Shown piece after piece: positions 9,423 to 20,500 of a stretch of DNA of 64,000 bases. The stretch comes from an uncultured Erysipelotrichaceae bacterium. GTDB taxonomy: Bacteria; Bacillota_I; Bacilli_A; RF39; UBA660. The notes under the pieces are model-generated. The model did not search any database and was not told where the DNA came from. It was given only the letters and a program-made list of their open reading frames with translations. The stretch spans positions 162-64,161 of the forward strand of contig CACWWC010000003.1 of the NCBI GenBank assembly GCA_902764545.1. The letters run 5' to 3'. Every line of letters starts with the position of its first letter. Position 1 is the stretch's first letter. Position numbers and translations under genes: made by a program.

Positions 9423-10316
9423 GTGATTTGTATAAAAACAGAAAAAAATATTTTCACTGCATTTATTCTTAATTTATCATTTTCAGTCTTTGAATTTTTT
9501 GGAGGACTATTTACCAATAGTATTGCAATATTATCAGACTCCATTCATGATTTAGGTGATGCAATTAGTATAGGTTTATCATACTTTTTAGAAAAAAGAA
9601 GTAAAAAGAAACCTAATTACAAGTATACTTATGGATATATTAGATATTCTGTTATGGGGAGTCTTATCACAACAATGATATTATTAATAGGTTCAGCTTT
9701 CGTAATATATGAATCAGTCAAAAGAATTATTAACCCGGTAGTAATTAATCACGATGGTATGCTTTTATTTGCAATTTTTGGTGTGATAGTAAATTTAATT
9801 GCCGCAAATAAAACAAAAGAAGGAACTTCTCTCAATCAAAAAGCAGTTAATTTACATATGTTAGAAGATGTTTTTGGTTGGATCATTGTATTAATTGGTT
9901 CATTGCTTATAAAGTTTACTGAAATAACTTATGTTGATCCTATATTATCTATTTTAGTTGCTCTTTTTATAATGTATAATGTTATCAAAAATTTAAAATC
10001 AATCGTTGATATCTTTCTTGAAAAAACTCCAGATGACATAGACATTAAAGAAATTAAAAAACATCTCCAAGAAGTTGAAGGAGTAATTGATATTCACCAT
10101 ATTCATGTAAGAAGCATAGATGGATTTAACAATTTCGCAACACTGCATGCTGTAATAGAAAAATATGATCAAACAATAAAAGTGGAACTAAAAAAAGAGC
10201 TAAGGGAACATAATATCATGCATTCAACCATTGAATTAGAACTTAAAGATGAGAAGTGTGCGGAAACCAAGTGCAAAATTGATAATGTTAAAACTGAATC
10301 GCATCACCACCACTAA
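9423..10316 (+). CDS. Cation diffusion facilitator (CzcD/ZitB-like); start may be ATA at 9432
   Basis: SIAILSDSIHDLGD, YTYGY.R, LHMLEDVFG, DIHHIHV, His-rich tail. Confidence 0.92.
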   Translation: MICIKTEKNIFTAFILNLSFSVFEFFGGLFTNSIAILSDSIHDLGDAISIGLSYFLEKRSKKKPNYKYTYGYIRYSVMGSLITTMILLIGSAFVIYESVKRIINPVVINHDGMLLFAIFGVIVNLIAANKTKEGTSLNQKAVNLHMLEDVFGWIIVLIGSLLIKFTEITYVDPILSILVALFIMYNVIKNLKSIVDIFLEKTPDDIDIKEIKKHLQEVEGVIDIHHIHVRSIDGFNNFATLHAVIEKYDQTIKVELKKELREHNIMHSTIELELKDEKCAETKCKIDNVKTESHHHH

Positions 10317-10343
10317 ATAGAATAAGTATATCTTATGATATAC

Positions 10344-11321
10344 TTATTTTTTTATAGATTTAATCTTTTGTCTAGCTTCAGTTAAAGTATGGCTATTTAA
10401 TCCAACACCATAATTTTTAAACAAATCCTCTATTTTAATGTTACCATTTAATGTGTCCATAAAATCATTTGATGCCTTATCAGTATCATCAAGAAACCTT
10501 TGAAATAATGCCTCCGCATATAAATAACCAAAACCATACGAATATGCTAAATTATCTTTATAATTGTAATATGCATTTTTTATTTTAGTATTAATAAGCC
10601 ACGGACAATCTCTCTCCATTTCCTTAAGTATAGCCATAGGTAGAGAATTGTTCTTTTTTGCTGTATTATAAATTTTGTATATTTCTTTAAGTTGCTCAAT
10701 CCTTTCAGTATAATGCCACACAATGCTATCTAACCTCGTATTTTCAATCTTTTTAGTCATATCATTTTGATATTTTAAGAAAAATTCAACAATATATGTT
10801 GCGACTTTTTCAGAATAAATTGAGAATATTTCACCATAATAAAACTTTTTATTCAAATCAATATTATTCTTAGAGATATGAAAATGAATAAACTCATGAA
10901 CCAAAGAGACAACACTTGAAGTATTATTGATACTAGGAATTTCTACAACAGTAATAATTTTACCGGTCTTTTTATTAAGAGCAGTTAACTTTATTCCCGA
11001 TAAAATTTCGTTATCATTAGAAAGAGTAACACATCCTAAAAACTCTTCTATCTCTTGAGTTATTTTATAATCATCACCGAGAATAGTATATATTGCAAGA
11101 GTAAAAGCCTCCATAACAGCATCTATCGGCAATTTGTTAAATTCATTCTGAAAATACGCATTAGGCCTAGATTTAATTGACAAGTCGATAAAAGAATCAT
11201 AAATAAGTTTAGACTTACTTGATTTAAATTCACTAGGAGATAAAATTAATTCTTTCTTGTTAACCTGTTCCATAAATGATAATGCCAAATTTACTTCTGC
11301 CTTTTCAAATAAAGTACTCAC
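10344..11321 (-). CDS. Hypothetical HEXXH metallopeptidase-like protein
   Basis: LVHEFIH, downstream GEIFSIYSE and YSYGFGYLYA (gluzincin/M3-like pattern); GTG start after GAGGTGG. Confidence 0.6.
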   Translation of the reverse strand: MSTLFEKAEVNLALSFMEQVNKKELILSPSEFKSSKSKLIYDSFIDLSIKSRPNAYFQNEFNKLPIDAVMEAFTLAIYTILGDDYKITQEIEEFLGCVTLSNDNEILSGIKLTALNKKTGKIITVVEIPSINNTSSVVSLVHEFIHFHISKNNIDLNKKFYYGEIFSIYSEKVATYIVEFFLKYQNDMTKKIENTRLDSIVWHYTERIEQLKEIYKIYNTAKKNNSLPMAILKEMERDCPWLINTKIKNAYYNYKDNLAYSYGFGYLYAEALFQRFLDDTDKASNDFMDTLNGNIKIEDLFKNYGVGLNSHTLTEARQKIKSIKK

Positions 11322-11446
11322 AATAACCACCTCTAAAAAACAAAGCATATAATAACATAAATCTTCAAAAAAATCAATTTAAATCAACGAAATTAAATTA
11401 CTATGTTATAATAAAAAAACAAAGAACTTGAAGAAGGTGGCGTAAA

Positions 11447-12415
11447 ATGAACTTCTACAACGAACTTATAAACCTAACCGATGATGAGATAGAACAACTA
11501 GTTAGATACAAAATAGATATGTTGGAACCAACTTCCGAAGAAACTTTTATAGGTTATGATATAGACTATAATTTTAATAAAGCAGAATCAAAGGATGTCA
11601 ATGGAACAACAGTATTTGATGTTAATATTAGATGTTTTTATCCAGGTTATATAAGCAAAGGGAAAAAAATAATCTTTGGTATGTTCTATGATAGAGAAGG
11701 AAATGTAAGTAATAATGGATGTTATTACTACATGGATACTGATGACTATATTGTAGATTTTTGTAAGTATATTAAGCAATTTTCGATAGAAAGTGAAGCA
11801 GAACTTTTTGAATATATACTAGATTTCTTGCGAGACCACTATGGATATATACCTGTGAACAGTAGAGAAGAAATGTTTCGTATGATAGTCAACAGTAAAG
11901 AAAAAAATGAAAAACCAATTAACGAACATGGAATATCGTGGTTCAAAGGGAGAGGGAACGCATTATGTACAGAATATTCTATAATGGCTCAAAATATTTT
12001 AAGTATATTTGACATAAGTAGTTATTTAGTAATTGGATCACTAAAAATTGGTGCTACAGAAAAAGAGTTACATGCCTACAATATTATTTCTACAAACAAT
12101 AATGTATTATTAATAGATTTTTCAAATTATGTTAAAGTATTTGATCATGATTTTAATAAACTTGCAGTCTCACCGTTTATAGGTGAACTAGATGATATAG
12201 AATTAGATGAGGATTTTGTAGATAATTATATATTAAATCAAAAACCAATGATCTTTGAAAATTATGATTATTATATAATAAATAATACATTAGTAAGAAT
12301 ATCACTTGAAGATAAGAGAACATATTGCTGTGATGGTATTATAAATATGAAACAATATAACGAAAAAAATATAAGTGATTGTAAAATATGTGTAAAAACG
12401 AATAATATAAACTAA
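11447..12415 (+). CDS. Hypothetical protein with a transglutaminase-like Cys-His-Asp triad
   Basis: ALCTEYS...HAYNII...LIDFS. Confidence 0.6.
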   Translation: MNFYNELINLTDDEIEQLVRYKIDMLEPTSEETFIGYDIDYNFNKAESKDVNGTTVFDVNIRCFYPGYISKGKKIIFGMFYDREGNVSNNGCYYYMDTDDYIVDFCKYIKQFSIESEAELFEYILDFLRDHYGYIPVNSREEMFRMIVNSKEKNEKPINEHGISWFKGRGNALCTEYSIMAQNILSIFDISSYLVIGSLKIGATEKELHAYNIISTNNNVLLIDFSNYVKVFDHDFNKLAVSPFIGELDDIELDEDFVDNYILNQKPMIFENYDYYIINNTLVRISLEDKRTYCCDGIINMKQYNEKNISDCKICVKTNNIN

Positions 12416-12472
12416 AAATAACACATTTGAATGATACAATTAAATAAAATACAGTAGAAATGAGGGATAATA

Positions 12473-13231
12473 ATGTTTAATTTAAAAGGAAGAGTAGCAG
12501 TTATAACTGGAGCATCATCTGGTTTAGGTAAACAAATGGCAAAAGGATTTGCTGAGCAAGGTGCTGATTTAGTTATTTTAGCTAGAAGAATAGAAAGATT
12601 AGAAGAATTAAAAACTGAATTGGAGGCAAAAGGTGTTAAAGTTTTACCTATAAAATGTGATGTGACTAATACTGAAGAGATTAATAGTGCTGCCAAAGAG
12701 GCAGAAGATACTTTTGGGAAAGTGGATATCTTAATTAATTGTGCTGGATCAGCTAAGAATGCTGGAGTATTAAATATGACAGATGAAGAATGGGATTTTA
12801 CTATAGCAACTGATCAAACATCAGTATTTAAAATGACTCGTGCATTTGCTAATATCATGAAAAAAAATAACTACGGAAGAATTATTAATATAGCATCAAT
12901 GTATGGACTAGTAGGAAACACTGCTCTAGATACAGTAGCATATCATTCATCAAAAGGAGGCGTAGTTAACTTCACCCGTGCAGTAGCAGCAGAGCTTGCC
13001 AAATATAATATTACATGTAATGCAATTTGCCCAGGATATTTTGATACAGAATTGACTCACGAAACATTAATATCAGATGAATTTACAGCATACATGAAAG
13101 CAACAGTACCACTAGGAAGATATGGAAATGAAGGCGAATTAAACTCAGGAGCAATATTCTTAGCAAGTGATGAAGCAAGTTATGTAACAGGAGTTATTTT
13201 GCCAATTGATGGTGGATATACTTGCGTATAA
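12473..13231 (+). CDS. SDR oxidoreductase (gluconate 5-dehydrogenase-like)
   Basis: TGASSGLG, NCAG, YHSSKGG, ICPGYF, IDGG. Confidence 0.93.
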   Translation: MFNLKGRVAVITGASSGLGKQMAKGFAEQGADLVILARRIERLEELKTELEAKGVKVLPIKCDVTNTEEINSAAKEAEDTFGKVDILINCAGSAKNAGVLNMTDEEWDFTIATDQTSVFKMTRAFANIMKKNNYGRIINIASMYGLVGNTALDTVAYHSSKGGVVNFTRAVAAELAKYNITCNAICPGYFDTELTHETLISDEFTAYMKATVPLGRYGNEGELNSGAIFLASDEASYVTGVILPIDGGYTCV

Positions 13232-13240
13232 TTTAAAAAT

Positions 13241-13777
13241 ATGAACTATAAAATATTAGAATCTAATAAAATAGCCATCTTTGGTTGGCCAGCAACAGGA
13301 AAAACCACACTTGGACAATTACTTTCTAGAAAGTTAGGAATAAAACTATATTCTCTAGATATAATTAGATGGAAGTACAGTGAAAATGGTATTAAAAATA
13401 ATGAAAGATTTTTAAAAGACTATAAAAATATAATAAAAAAAGATAAATGGATTATAGAAGGTAATGCACTAGATTATATTGACTCTAGACTAGAAAAAGC
13501 AGACCTTCTAATCTTTTTTGAATCTAATATTGAAGAATGCATAAAAAATTATACAACAAGAGAAATAAAGGTAAAAAGAAAATTAGAGCAAAGAAAAAAC
13601 TTTGATAATAAAAAGACAATAAAAAACATTCAAGATTGGATAGAAAATAGATATTCCAAAAAGATAGAAAAACTAAGACCCAAGCTAATAAACTATAAAG
13701 ATAAATTAATTATTGTTCATAATTACAAAGAATTAGATAAATTAATAGAAAATTTTAATGAACATAAGGATGGCTAA
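13241..13777 (+). CDS. P-loop kinase (adenylate-kinase-like / FlaR family)
   Basis: GWPATGKTT Walker A, LD.IRW, WIIEGN. Confidence 0.75.
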   Translation: MNYKILESNKIAIFGWPATGKTTLGQLLSRKLGIKLYSLDIIRWKYSENGIKNNERFLKDYKNIIKKDKWIIEGNALDYIDSRLEKADLLIFFESNIEECIKNYTTREIKVKRKLEQRKNFDNKKTIKNIQDWIENRYSKKIEKLRPKLINYKDKLIIVHNYKELDKLIENFNEHKDG

Positions 13778-13779
13778 GT

Positions 13780-15207
13780 ATGAAAAAAATGTTTAAAGAT
13801 AAAAAACTATATATATTTTTGTTAATAGTACTCCTGTTTTTTAAAACATTCAGTATTATGAATTATTCTGTAGATACATATTTGCTTTTAGCATCGCCTA
13901 AATTGAAGTATGTATATGAGTACTTATCAGCAGGCAGAATTTTTACCACAGCCTTTTTCTTTATTCAAGGTTTTTTTCATATTCCAAATATAGTAATGTA
14001 TATTACTTCATATCTATTAGCAATCATTTTTTCAACACTTTCAATATATGAACTAAATAAGGTATTAGATAAATATATTTCAAATAAGTTCTTATCAGCC
14101 ATAATATCAATTGCTATTATTATTAATCCATTTATTATAGAACTATGGCTTTTTATAGAATCAGGAATTATGATGTTTTCAATTTTTGCCTGTATTAAGG
14201 GGTTTAAAAACTTTGACAAATATTTAGAAACTAAAAATAAATCTTTAATTGGGAAGTCATTTTTATGGATGATTGCTGCATTGTTTTCATATCAGGGAAC
14301 CATCGCATTATTTGCTTGTCTTTGTGCAATATCAATAATAAAAAATTCAAAAAGTAAGAAAAAATTTATAAAAAACAATATTTTGATGTTTATAATATAT
14401 ATAGTTCCAACGATTATTAACTATATATTTATAACTATGATAAGTAGGGAAAGGGTAGGTGCAAATCACAATCTAATTAAAGTCATTAAAATGATAATCA
14501 TTTCTACTAAAGAACAATTAATTAATTGTTTTGGGTTACTTCCAAATGGTTTCTACCCAACAATGCTTTTAGTAACATTTGTTATCTTAATTTATTATAC
14601 AATAAAGAATAAACGAAAAAGAAACTACATGTTATCATTAATTTATATTACGCTAGTTACATACTTGTTTACAATAGCGCCAGTAATTCCCCAAAATAGT
14701 GATAGCCTAATAATGTTTCCAAGAACATCATATGCCTTTGCTTCATTAATTCCACTGTTATTTATTATTAATAATAAGAATTTAAATATAAAGATAACAT
14801 CAGCAGTATTGATAGTTCTTCTATCAGTTGAACTATATTCATTTACAAAAATTGAGATAAATAGATACATTGTTAATTATGAAGACAAACAAATTATTTA
14901 TCAAATCGAAGATAAGGTTAAAAAGTATGAAGAAGAAACTGGCATCAATGTAGAATATTTATCTGTATATAACCAAGAAAACTCTCATATGTTTTACAAT
15001 GATATAAATGATAATATTAATGTAAGTGCAAAAAATGAACAACCAAATTCTACTGCATTATATGTATATTATTCTAATAGAAAAGTAAAAGAAAAAGAAC
15101 AAAATAATAATATATACAATCTATATTTTAAAAATAAACATTGGCAATATTTTAGTCTAGATCAAGTTGTAATAGTTGGCAATACAATACATTGGTATAT
15201 ATATTAG
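13780..15207 (+). CDS. Polytopic GtrII-like (GT-C) glucosyltransferase membrane protein
   Basis: YSVD...GR near the N-terminus, SYQ, PRT; about 11 hydrophobic segments. Confidence 0.6.
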   Translation: MKKMFKDKKLYIFLLIVLLFFKTFSIMNYSVDTYLLLASPKLKYVYEYLSAGRIFTTAFFFIQGFFHIPNIVMYITSYLLAIIFSTLSIYELNKVLDKYISNKFLSAIISIAIIINPFIIELWLFIESGIMMFSIFACIKGFKNFDKYLETKNKSLIGKSFLWMIAALFSYQGTIALFACLCAISIIKNSKSKKKFIKNNILMFIIYIVPTIINYIFITMISRERVGANHNLIKVIKMIIISTKEQLINCFGLLPNGFYPTMLLVTFVILIYYTIKNKRKRNYMLSLIYITLVTYLFTIAPVIPQNSDSLIMFPRTSYAFASLIPLLFIINNKNLNIKITSAVLIVLLSVELYSFTKIEINRYIVNYEDKQIIYQIEDKVKKYEEETGINVEYLSVYNQENSHMFYNDINDNINVSAKNEQPNSTALYVYYSNRKVKEKEQNNNIYNLYFKNKHWQYFSLDQVVIVGNTIHWYIY

Positions 15208-15211
15208 ATAC

Positions 15212-15243
15212 AAAAAAAGGATTCACTAAATATGAATCCTTTT
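15212..15243. terminator. Bidirectional terminator between convergent genes
   Basis: AAAAGGATTCA-loop-TGAATCCTTTT. Confidence 0.7.
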
Positions 15244-15913
15244 AACATTCTCTTCCATTAATACAAATTGTAAGAGTATGAAAACTATTACCACGATACT
15301 CGTTATCAATAAAGTCATCATCTGTATCATATGTAAAAACGGTTAACTTTATAGGTGATACAACCTGATCAACTGAATAGCTACTTTGCAGCTTTATTGA
15401 TGTAATTAAACTATTATCGTTAAATTCGTCTGACTCCATATGAGAATAAAAGCTTTTTCCGAAATTGTTATAATCATCATATAAATAATTCATTAAGTAT
15501 TCCCACTTATCAAATGTATGATCAGGATTAAAAAAGTTATATGAAACATCCTCATTATTTTGCAAAGTAAACTTAATATTAAATCCCATTTTAATATTTG
15601 GATATTTAATCCACTCGTCATAAAATGATAAACCAAAAGCTTTACTGAGCTTAATATTATCATCATTCGATGGATAAATTTGAAAGATACCAATATCTTC
15701 TTCGACAACAGGAGTTATATTTATAGTATCTATTCTTTGTAAAGTGTTACCAGACAATTTATAAATACCAATAGGAGTATTATTTGAATCATTATAATCG
15801 TTAGTAACTTCTTCTTTCTTTTGAGGAGATTTTTTTATCTCTGATACTTTTTTACTTTGAATGCACCCGGCCATAAAAATTATAATCATTATTACAAAAA
15901 TAAATTTTTTCAT
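15242..15913 (-). CDS. Hypothetical lipoprotein
   Basis: MKK + hydrophobic stretch + lipobox MAGC. Confidence 0.7.
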   Translation of the reverse strand: MKKFIFVIMIIIFMAGCIQSKKVSEIKKSPQKKEEVTNDYNDSNNTPIGIYKLSGNTLQRIDTINITPVVEEDIGIFQIYPSNDDNIKLSKAFGLSFYDEWIKYPNIKMGFNIKFTLQNNEDVSYNFFNPDHTFDKWEYLMNYLYDDYNNFGKSFYSHMESDEFNDNSLITSIKLQSSYSVDQVVSPIKLTVFTYDTDDDFIDNEYRGNSFHTLTICINGREC

Positions 15914-15969
15914 ATATACCTCTAAAATAAATATAACAAAAAAATTAGAAATTTAAAATGTAATATTGA

Positions 15970-17676
15970 TTATTTTTCATTTTCTAATTTTTTATAGTCA
16001 ACTTTCCCAATCATTGTTTTGGGAAGACTTTCTCTAAAAACGAACTCTTTAGGAATCATATATTTAGCTAAATTCTTTTCCAAATATTCTTTAATCTCAC
16101 TTCTAATTTTAAAACTATCATGAAAGTCGCTTTTTAATACTATATATGCTTTAGGAACTTGAACTTTATATGGGTGGGGGATTCCTACTACACAAGAATT
16201 TAATACATACTTATTTTTATTCAAGACTTCTTCAATATGTGATGGATAAACATTGTATCCAGATGAAATAATTAACCTCTTCAATCGCTGAACAAAGAAT
16301 AAACATCCATTCTCGTTTATATATCCTAAGTCACCAGTATGTACCCATATTTTTCCTTTATCATCTTTTTCTAAAACTCTATTAGTCTCTATTTCATCAT
16401 CTAAATATCCAAGCATAACACTAGGACCACTGATTTGAATCTCTCCGACTTTACCAACATCAACCTCATTATGAGTATCTACATCAACAATTCTTAAATC
16501 GTTAGATGGTAGAGGGATTCCCACGCTCCCTAAAGTATACGAATTAGTAGTTGAAAAGATACAACCTCCACTTGTTTCAGTCATACCGTAACCTTGTACA
16601 ATGCCTCTAGTTGAGCCATGACTTTTTAAAAAATCGTTAACCCTTTTATTTCTCTCAGCATTTAGCGAATCTCCGCCAGAAACAACATACTTGACATTGG
16701 ACAAATCAATATCATCCATATGCTTATTTTTAAGTAGTGCTTCAAATAATGTTGGAACACCAGCAATAAAAGTTGGTCTATATTTTCTTAGTAATTTATC
16801 AAATCTTCCTGCATCAAATCTTGGCACGAGTATTAGTTCAAGTCCGGTGCTTAGCGGATAGTGTACACACTCAACCAAACCAAAACAATGAAACATAGGT
16901 AGAATCCCAAGCATAGAGTCAGTATCATTAATATCTGGTAAAGCAACATGCGCTTGATTAGGTACAACATTTATTGCACCATTTGAAATGACAATACTCT
17001 TTGGACTTCCGCTTGTTCCTCCACTGTGCAGAATAACAGCTGGATCGTCCTTATAAGTATCAACAATAATATTTGTATCATAATCTTTTCCTTTATTATA
17101 AAAATCCTTCCAAAAAATAAATTTTTCATTACTTTTAGGTAATTTAACTTTTCTGTCCTCCAGAAAAAAATACCCTAGTCCCATAGCGAATGGCATTGAA
17201 TCTCTTGGAGATGAGAGAATTACTTTATATAATTCAGTTTCATCGATTATATTTTTAAGTTTTTTATAATTAAAGTTGACAGTTATTAACATTACACTTT
17301 TCGTATCGACAATGCTCTTTTTTATCTCTTCTTCAGCAGACAAAGGGTGTATCATATTAGATATAGCGCCTATTTTACTAACCGCATAAAACATAATTAC
17401 AGCTTCTGGTGTATTTGGCATACATATTGAAACAACGTCTTTCTTTCTAATACCTTGGCTCTTCAAAGCTTTAGCACAAATATCTATCTGAATAAAAAAA
17501 TTCTTATAAGAAATTTTATTGTCAAAATAGTTAATAGCAATATTATTCATTCTGTTAAGATTTGAATTATATAAATATTGGTATAAGGACATATCAGGGG
17601 TTTCTACTTCTCTTTCATCCTTGCGATAGTACTTATACCATCTTCTTTTATTTTTATTTAAAGAAAATAATTTCAT
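15970..17676 (-). CDS. Long-chain acyl-CoA synthetase (AMP-binding)
   Basis: HSGGTSGSPK, QGYGMTE, HTGDLG, SGYNVYP, PKTMIGK. Confidence 0.92.
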   Translation of the reverse strand: MKLFSLNKNKRRWYKYYRKDEREVETPDMSLYQYLYNSNLNRMNNIAINYFDNKISYKNFFIQIDICAKALKSQGIRKKDVVSICMPNTPEAVIMFYAVSKIGAISNMIHPLSAEEEIKKSIVDTKSVMLITVNFNYKKLKNIIDETELYKVILSSPRDSMPFAMGLGYFFLEDRKVKLPKSNEKFIFWKDFYNKGKDYDTNIIVDTYKDDPAVILHSGGTSGSPKSIVISNGAINVVPNQAHVALPDINDTDSMLGILPMFHCFGLVECVHYPLSTGLELILVPRFDAGRFDKLLRKYRPTFIAGVPTLFEALLKNKHMDDIDLSNVKYVVSGGDSLNAERNKRVNDFLKSHGSTRGIVQGYGMTETSGGCIFSTTNSYTLGSVGIPLPSNDLRIVDVDTHNEVDVGKVGEIQISGPSVMLGYLDDEIETNRVLEKDDKGKIWVHTGDLGYINENGCLFFVQRLKRLIISSGYNVYPSHIEEVLNKNKYVLNSCVVGIPHPYKVQVPKAYIVLKSDFHDSFKIRSEIKEYLEKNLAKYMIPKEFVFRESLPKTMIGKVDYKKLENEK

Positions 17677-17783
17677 AACAACTCTCCTATCTTTTTAAAC
17701 ATATGTTGAATAAGTAACAAATATATTATATAATTGAATTAATTAAAGAATCAATAATCAGATTTGTTATATATGTACATTAA

Positions 17784-17809
17784 TGAACAAATGAATAAAC
17801 AAGTGTTCA
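17784..17809. promoter_or_regulatory. Candidate TetR operator in divergent intergenic region
   Basis: TGAACA-N14-TGTTCA just upstream of the TetR RBS. Confidence 0.35.
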
Positions 17810-17822
17810 AAAAGGAGCAAAA

Positions 17823-18395
17823 ATGGATAGAAGAGTTAAATATACAAAGAAAGTAATAAAAGATACATTTTTATCGCTTTTAGAGAAGAAGAATATTTCC
17901 AATATATCTGTAAAAGAACTATGTGAAATGGCAGATATTAATAGGGGAACATTTTATAGGTATTATATAGATATCTATGATTTATTAAAAAAAATTGAAG
18001 ATGAATTTATTGAAGAAATCAAAAATTCAAATTCAATGATGCATATGCAAGAGCATTCAATTTATACTTTTACAAAAGAGATATTAAATATTTTTGAAAA
18101 TAATAAAAAATTAGTCAGGGTCTTGTTTAATGCAGATAGTAATATATACTTTTTAGATGATGTATTAGAAATTGCTTATGAAAAGTGTATTGGTAATTGG
18201 GAAAAAAACAAACATTTTGATGATAATAAAGAATTGCAAAACTCAGTTGTTTTTATTTTTAATGGAGCACTCGGAGTAATAAACTACTGGGTAAAGAATG
18301 ACTTCAATGTATCAGCTGATGTTTTAGCAAAATATATTGAAAATTATTGTCTAGGTGGAGTAAATAAATTTATTCCTAAAAAAAATAATTTGTAA
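17823..18395 (+). CDS. TetR/AcrR family regulator
   Basis: MDRRVKYTK...ISVKELCEMADINRGTFYRYY HTH. Confidence 0.92.
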   Translation: MDRRVKYTKKVIKDTFLSLLEKKNISNISVKELCEMADINRGTFYRYYIDIYDLLKKIEDEFIEEIKNSNSMMHMQEHSIYTFTKEILNIFENNKKLVRVLFNADSNIYFLDDVLEIAYEKCIGNWEKNKHFDDNKELQNSVVFIFNGALGVINYWVKNDFNVSADVLAKYIENYCLGGVNKFIPKKNNL

Positions 18396-18456
18396 AATTA
18401 TGTATTTTAGTTAATATTAATATTATTTTATGATACAATCTAATAGGAGGGTATAT

Positions 18457-19284
18457 ATGATAGAGATAATTAAAGCAGTATTATTTGGTATAGTAGAGGG
18501 AATCACAGAATGGTTACCTATATCATCAACAGGTCATATGATTTTATTAGATGAATTTATTAATTTAAATGTATCTAATGATTTTTACAAATTATTTGAA
18601 GTTGTAATACAACTTGGTGCGATACTTGCAGTTGTAGTATTATTTTTCAAAAGTATTTGGCCTCTAAAAAAGAAGAATGAAAAGGTGGTACTAGACAAAA
18701 AAACACTAAATCTATGGGGAAAAATCCTTGTTGCTTGCATACCAGCGGCAGTAATAGGTCTTGTAGCAGATGATTGGTTAGATGAACATTTATATAATAG
18801 TGTTGTAGTATCATTAGCATTAATAATCTATGGTATTGTTTTTATAGTAATTGAAAGCAAAAATGTGGGTAAAAGAACAACAAAATCTGTAGAAAAAATT
18901 ACCTATAAACAAGCACTACAAATAGGTGCATTTCAATTATTAGCACTCATCCCAGGCACATCAAGAAGTGGATCTACAATAATTGGTGGATTATTAATAG
19001 GTTTAGAAAGAAGTGTGGCAGCAGAGTTTACATTCTTTTTGGCGATTCCAGTAATGGCAGGTGCATCGCTACTAAAGCTTGCTAAATATATCATAAAAGT
19101 AGGTTTTGTTTTTAGTGGGTTAGAAGTAGCAATTTTGTTAATAGCAACAATTACTGCATTTATAGTAAGCATACTAGTTATTAAATTCCTAATGAATTAT
19201 ATTAGAAAACATGATTTTAAAGTATTTGGATACTATAGAATAGCATTAGGTATTCTTGTATTACTATACTTTTTAATAAAATAA
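18457..19284 (+). CDS. uppP: Undecaprenyl-diphosphate phosphatase
   Basis: GIVEGITEWLPISSTGH, IQLGAILAV, PGTSRSGSTI. Confidence 0.96.
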   Translation: MIEIIKAVLFGIVEGITEWLPISSTGHMILLDEFINLNVSNDFYKLFEVVIQLGAILAVVVLFFKSIWPLKKKNEKVVLDKKTLNLWGKILVACIPAAVIGLVADDWLDEHLYNSVVVSLALIIYGIVFIVIESKNVGKRTTKSVEKITYKQALQIGAFQLLALIPGTSRSGSTIIGGLLIGLERSVAAEFTFFLAIPVMAGASLLKLAKYIIKVGFVFSGLEVAILLIATITAFIVSILVIKFLMNYIRKHDFKVFGYYRIALGILVLLYFLIK

Positions 19285-19333
19285 AGAGTAATTTTTTTCG
19301 TTACTCTTTTTAGGTGGGAGAAGGAGAAGTAAA

Positions 19334-20500
19334 ATGAAGAAAGAAAAAGAAGAAACAAAAAAAGCATTAGTAAAGGATTCAAAGTTAAGATTAATTGTTT
19401 TTGAAAGTGCAAAAGAATTGGGAGATAAAGTAGATTATCATTTGGTAAAAAAGCATAATCTTGACCCAGACAAATATACATTTATGGTTCCAATTAAAGA
19501 AAGCTTTTTTGCAGATGGGCACTCTAAAGTAGAAATACTAGAATCAATTAGAGGCAAAAATGTATTTATGATGACCGATGTAGGAAATTATTCTATTGAA
19601 TATAAAAATCATGGTTATATAAATCATGCATCTCCAAATGATCTATATGTACAATTACTAGATGGTATTGGTGCTTGTGGTAGTCATGCTGAATGTATAA
19701 ATGTAATAGAAACAATTTTATATGCAGCAAGACAACATCGTAAAAACTCAAGAGAAAATTTGGCCTGTGCAATGTATCTACATTATTTAGATATCAAAAG
19801 ATGCGTAAAAAGTGTTATAACATTTGACGCCCACGATCCAGGAGTTGAACAAGCTCTTCATGATACAGAATTTGCAAACTTTTTTCCAACAAATGAAATT
19901 CTTGCTGATTACATAAATGATACTCCTGTAGAAGATCTTGAAAAAATTGTTTTTGTTGCCCCTGATAACGGAGCGACTGGAAGAAGAAATGTTTACTTAA
20001 ATTCTTTTAATACTCAAAATATTCATCGTGAAGCAGGAAGTTTTGTAAAACAAAGGGATTATAATGTTGTTGTTGATGGTAAGAATCCAGTTATCAGCCA
20101 TGATTATAGTGGTACAGGTGAACTAGAAGGATATACTGCAATTGTTCCGGATGATATGATTTCATCAGGCGGGAGTATGTTTGAAGTTATTGAGGAATTA
20201 AAAAAGAGAGGAGTTAAACATATATATTTAGTTGTGACATTTGCATTGTATGTAGATGGAATAAAAGAATTTGAAGAATATTATCAAAAAGGAATGTTGG
20301 ATGGAGTGTATACAACAAATCTTTCATACATCCCTGATGAATACAAAAAAGCTCCATGGTTACATGTCTGTGATTGCTCACAATTAGTAGCAAAAATTAT
20401 TTATAATATGTATAATGACATATCTATGTCACCAATACTTACAGACAAGTCAGGTCCAATAAAATTATTAGAAAAAAAGATTGGGGATGCTAAAAAGTGA
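19334..20500 (+). CDS. prs: Ribose-phosphate pyrophosphokinase, long divergent type
   Basis: FADG..KV.I.ESIRG, DAHDP, VAPDNGA, DDMISSGGSM. Confidence 0.85.
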   Translation: MKKEKEETKKALVKDSKLRLIVFESAKELGDKVDYHLVKKHNLDPDKYTFMVPIKESFFADGHSKVEILESIRGKNVFMMTDVGNYSIEYKNHGYINHASPNDLYVQLLDGIGACGSHAECINVIETILYAARQHRKNSRENLACAMYLHYLDIKRCVKSVITFDAHDPGVEQALHDTEFANFFPTNEILADYINDTPVEDLEKIVFVAPDNGATGRRNVYLNSFNTQNIHREAGSFVKQRDYNVVVDGKNPVISHDYSGTGELEGYTAIVPDDMISSGGSMFEVIEELKKRGVKHIYLVVTFALYVDGIKEFEEYYQKGMLDGVYTTNLSYIPDEYKKAPWLHVCDCSQLVAKIIYNMYNDISMSPILTDKSGPIKLLEKKIGDAKK

